DNA from: Coleofasciculus sp. B1-GNL1-01
GTDB lineage: Bacteria > Cyanobacteriota > Cyanobacteriia > Cyanobacteriales > Coleofasciculaceae
DNA: 64,000 nucleotides
Assembly (NCBI GenBank): GCA_040220235.1
Contig: JAVJTO010000009.1
Reading direction: 5' to 3' (one strand)
A model generated the notes under the pieces. That model saw only the letters and a program-made list of their open reading frames with translations, made no database searches and was not told the DNA's origin. Positions within the stretch are counted from its first letter, which is position 1. Each line of letters opens with the position of its first letter. Position numbers and translations under genes: made by a program. Positions 60,936-64,000 of this stretch are shown piece after piece.

Positions 60936-62336
60936 CTACAAACTACATTGTTCCAATTTATCCGCGATCGCTTCAGCATGACGCCACCAGTTGTAATAGC
61001 CTCCTACCCAGCGACGGGATGGTAGATGTCCGGCTGGAGCTTTAAGATTAAATTGATAGGCTGTATCCGGAACGTGAGGATTGTGAACCGACCAACCCAC
61101 GCGATCGCAGAAACTGGGATAATCGGCTTCAACCTCTTGATAGAGGCGACTTTGCACTGTAAAGCCAAAATGTTTTTTACTGTATTTCATCCATAGCTGA
61201 TCCAAAGTCCGCAAGTCTTCACAGGGTAATTCTTGAATATCACTCAACTTCAGATAATAACCGGGGAATTTGCCACAGGCTTGACCCAATATTATCCAGG
61301 TTTCTTCATCTGCTTTTTGCCATTTATGGGTGGCTAAGAGTTGCTTTAACCGCTGATAGTCAATTCCCACTTCTGAGGCGAGACGATTTCGTTTAGTTTT
61401 GCGGGTTTTGGGTTGCCGAAAGTTGATAAAATGAGTGCCGACAGGAGGAGAGGTAGCAGGTGTCAAATCCGTGATCACTTCATCAGCCGATTGATAGCGT
61501 TGTTTGAGACTAGAATGAGTTAACTGATCCAGGATTTTCCCTAGGCGATCGCTAATCTGGGTTTCAGGGGGTAAAAAATTTCGCCACACCCAGGTTTCGT
61601 TGAATGTATCATACAGGTCAAAGGGGGAGACCTGAGTCATTAGATAAAGGCAGGTTACTCCCACACTATACAGATCACTTGCCCAAAATGCTTTACCTTT
61701 GAGTTGTTCGGGAGCCATATATTCCGGGCTACCAATAATTGTACCCGTTTGCAGCAAGGCGGTATCCGTCAGCAATTTGGCAACGCCAAAATCAATTAAC
61801 ACTAACTTCCCGTCATCTTGGCGGCGGATAATATTGGCAGGTTTGATATCTCGATGCAGTACACGATGGGAATGAATATAGCGAATCAAGGGTAATAGTT
61901 CACGCAATAATTTCCAAATTTGCTCTTCGTTGTACTGTCCATGCTGGGTTAACTCCTCGCTCAAGGTTAGCCCCGGAATAAAGTCTTGAATTAAATAAAG
62001 TTGTTGATTCTGTTCAAAATGTGCCAGAAGTGTTGGAATTTGCGAATGGTTACCCAATTCATTTAAACGGATGGCTTCTTGGTGAAACAGTTCTTTGGCT
62101 TTTGGTAAGGTTGCTGGCTCGGAGTTTTGCAGATAAAGTTGTTTGATCACACAATAGGGTTGACTGGGAATATCTTCGTCAACTGCCAAAAATGTTCTGC
62201 CGAATCCACCGCTACCGAGGGGGCGTAGAGGGCGGTAGCGTTCTTTTAGCTGTAGCCTTTCCCCACAGGTTTGACAAAATTGAGCGGAATCGAGATTTTC
62301 CGGTGTCAGGCATCCCGGTTTAATACAATAAGTCAT
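60936..62336 (-). CDS. Ser/Thr protein kinase with N-terminal 4-Cys motif and C-terminal GUN4 domain
   Basis: C..P.C...C..C, LGSGGFG, HRDIKPAN, DFG, APE; WQKADEET, LDQLW.KYS..HFGF.VQ, GHLP. Confidence 0.93.
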   Translation of the reverse strand: MTYCIKPGCLTPENLDSAQFCQTCGERLQLKERYRPLRPLGSGGFGRTFLAVDEDIPSQPYCVIKQLYLQNSEPATLPKAKELFHQEAIRLNELGNHSQIPTLLAHFEQNQQLYLIQDFIPGLTLSEELTQHGQYNEEQIWKLLRELLPLIRYIHSHRVLHRDIKPANIIRRQDDGKLVLIDFGVAKLLTDTALLQTGTIIGSPEYMAPEQLKGKAFWASDLYSVGVTCLYLMTQVSPFDLYDTFNETWVWRNFLPPETQISDRLGKILDQLTHSSLKQRYQSADEVITDLTPATSPPVGTHFINFRQPKTRKTKRNRLASEVGIDYQRLKQLLATHKWQKADEETWIILGQACGKFPGYYLKLSDIQELPCEDLRTLDQLWMKYSKKHFGFTVQSRLYQEVEADYPSFCDRVGWSVHNPHVPDTAYQFNLKAPAGHLPSRRWVGGYYNWWRHAEAIADKLEQCSL

Positions 62337-62458
62337 AAGTTATAAGCAAAATTCGCCCTAACTGTAGAGACGTAGCATGCTACGTCTCTACATCTCCTAC
62401 TATGTTTCTACATCTCCTACTTCCCCGTTTCCTGTTTCCTGTTCTCTCGAAATCATTA

Positions 62459-63424
62459 TTAGGAGACAATCTGAATCCCATGGCTGGCAAACTTCGTCAC
62501 CCAAAACCCTAAATTTGGATCAGGGATTTCTGACTGGACGTGTTGTAAAAGCGCTTGGGCTTGTTCCTGAGACTGACAAAGAGCGAATACGGTAGGACCC
62601 GAACCGGACATCATTGTGCCTAATGCACCGCAATTTTCAAAGGCTTGCCGCAGTTGCAAGACTTGGGGATAGTTAGGGAGTACAACTTGCTCCAAATCGT
62701 TGTATAGCAGTTGACCAATTTTAGCGACATTTTTATTTAAAATAGCTTGAACCATAGAACCCGAATGCACACGAGTGGGGGGATTTATCGTTTCAGTTGT
62801 TGTAGATTTATTGACTCCCTCAGAACGCCCATAAGTATTGCTAAACTGAGTCCGATAGCTTTGATACGCCCAAGCTGTAGAAACGGCTAAGTTTTGATGT
62901 TTGGCTAACACCAGATAGAACGAATCCAGATTGGGTAAGGGATCAAGTTCTTCGCCTCGCCCGGTTGCGATCGCGGTTCCCCCGGCTAGACAAAATGGCA
63001 CGTCTGAACCGAGTTTCGCGGCTAACTCTTGTAATTCTGGCTGCGTGAGTCCCAATTGCCAAAGCATATTCAATCCAACCAAAACGGCGGCGGCATTGGT
63101 TGACCCTCCTGCCAATCCAGCCGCGACAGGAATATTCTTTTTGATTGTGACTTCTACACCGCCAAGCTGCGCCCAGCAATCCGGAAACTGTTGACTCATC
63201 AAATCCACCGCCCGGTAAGCCAGATTCGTTTTATCTAGGGGGACTTGCGGGTGATCGCAGTGAATTTGAATAGTTTGAGTCCCAATAGCCCGGACACTCA
63301 CTTGATCAGCGAGTTCAATGCTTTGCAGGATCATTGCCAGTTCATGATACCCATCGGCGCGATCGCCTAGTATTTCTAGATACAGATTAATTTTGGCAGG
63401 GGCGATGAGGGAATAGGAACGCAT
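62459..63424 (-). CDS. ispE: 4-diphosphocytidyl-2-C-methyl-D-erythritol kinase
   Basis: [33 protein letters not shown]. Confidence 0.98.
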   Translation of the reverse strand: MRSYSLIAPAKINLYLEILGDRADGYHELAMILQSIELADQVSVRAIGTQTIQIHCDHPQVPLDKTNLAYRAVDLMSQQFPDCWAQLGGVEVTIKKNIPVAAGLAGGSTNAAAVLVGLNMLWQLGLTQPELQELAAKLGSDVPFCLAGGTAIATGRGEELDPLPNLDSFYLVLAKHQNLAVSTAWAYQSYRTQFSNTYGRSEGVNKSTTTETINPPTRVHSGSMVQAILNKNVAKIGQLLYNDLEQVVLPNYPQVLQLRQAFENCGALGTMMSGSGPTVFALCQSQEQAQALLQHVQSEIPDPNLGFWVTKFASHGIQIVS

Positions 63425-63540
63425 GGGAATGATGAGTTATAAATTATGAATTATAAATTACATCGAATAGGTCACTCGTGCAGCTTGTAAACATAATCCA
63501 TCAGTCAATTCCCAGCTTCCAGACGTGCCATGGCACGTCT

Positions 63541-64000
63541 CTACATTGCTTCCCCAGCTTCCTCTGCTCCCCCTTTTGTCCCATTTAAGTGATTGGCGAG
63601 AGCAACCCATTGGCTAACGCTCAAGTCTTCAGCACGGGCTTGGGGATGACTGTCTACTTGTTCGAGTAATTGGTTAATTTTATCGCGATCGCACAGGGAT
63701 TTGAGGTTATTTCGCAACATTTTCCGCTTACTGGCAAAACCCAGCTTGACTAAGGTTTCTAGCTGTTGGGGGTTATCGGCTGGAGGTTCTACAATGCGGG
63801 GACGCAAGCGAACAACGGCGGAGTCTACTTTGGGCGGTGGGGAAAAGGCTTTGGCTGGGACATCACAGATCCAGTCACAGTCTGCCAGATATTGTACCCG
63901 CACCGATAATGCGCCAAATGCCTTAGAACCCGGTTTCGCAGATAATCGTTGTGCCACTTCTTTTTGCAGCAAGAGTACAATTAACTCAAAGGCAGGAATA
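63541..64000 (-). CDS. rsmA: 16S rRNA adenine dimethyltransferase, 5' end outside window
   Basis: QKEVA.RL, F.PPPKVDS, F..KRKMLRNNL, RAEDLS; directly upstream of ispE. Confidence 0.96.
   Translation of the reverse strand, partial: IPAFELIVLLLQKEVAQRLSAKPGSKAFGALSVRVQYLADCDWICDVPAKAFSPPPKVDSAVVRLRPRIVEPPADNPQQLETLVKLGFASKRKMLRNNLKSLCDRDKINQLLEQVDSHPQARAEDLSVSQWVALANHLNGTKGGAEEAGEAM

Overview
Chromosomal window from a filamentous cyanobacterium: the HIP1 octamer GCGATCGC is very frequent, STRR-type short tandem repeats are present, and cpcT and hik2 are recognisable. The gene and repeat content resembles Coleofasciculus/Oscillatoriales (inference). Housekeeping genes are rimP-nusA-ylxR-infB, rsmA (partial)-ispE, cpcT and tenA. 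Accessory content includes a >1550-aa filamentous-haemagglutinin (FHA)-type exoprotein running off the left edge and two TPR proteins. There is a decayed TnpB element and a decayed IsrB-type (HNH-less IscB relative) element with its omega-RNA region. A minus-strand glycan cluster is led by a 1757-aa GT2 + internal signal peptide + FHA + CHAT-protease fusion, followed by GT10, two GT8-like genes and a sulfotransferase, with a second sulfotransferase on the opposite strand. Two PEP-CTERM surface proteins are present. A signalling block holds a PhnD-like lipoprotein plus histidine kinase, an OrrA-like NarL regulator, two REC-HK hybrids and an adenylate cyclase. Intergenic DNA is dense with nested REP/MITE-like repeats. 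The most interesting items are the GT2-FHA-CHAT fusion with its glycan cluster, the transporter-less PhnD-like protein/kinase pair, an acidic tandem IF7-like small protein, and repeat-flanked surface-protein genes. No rRNA, tRNA or CRISPR array was seen.
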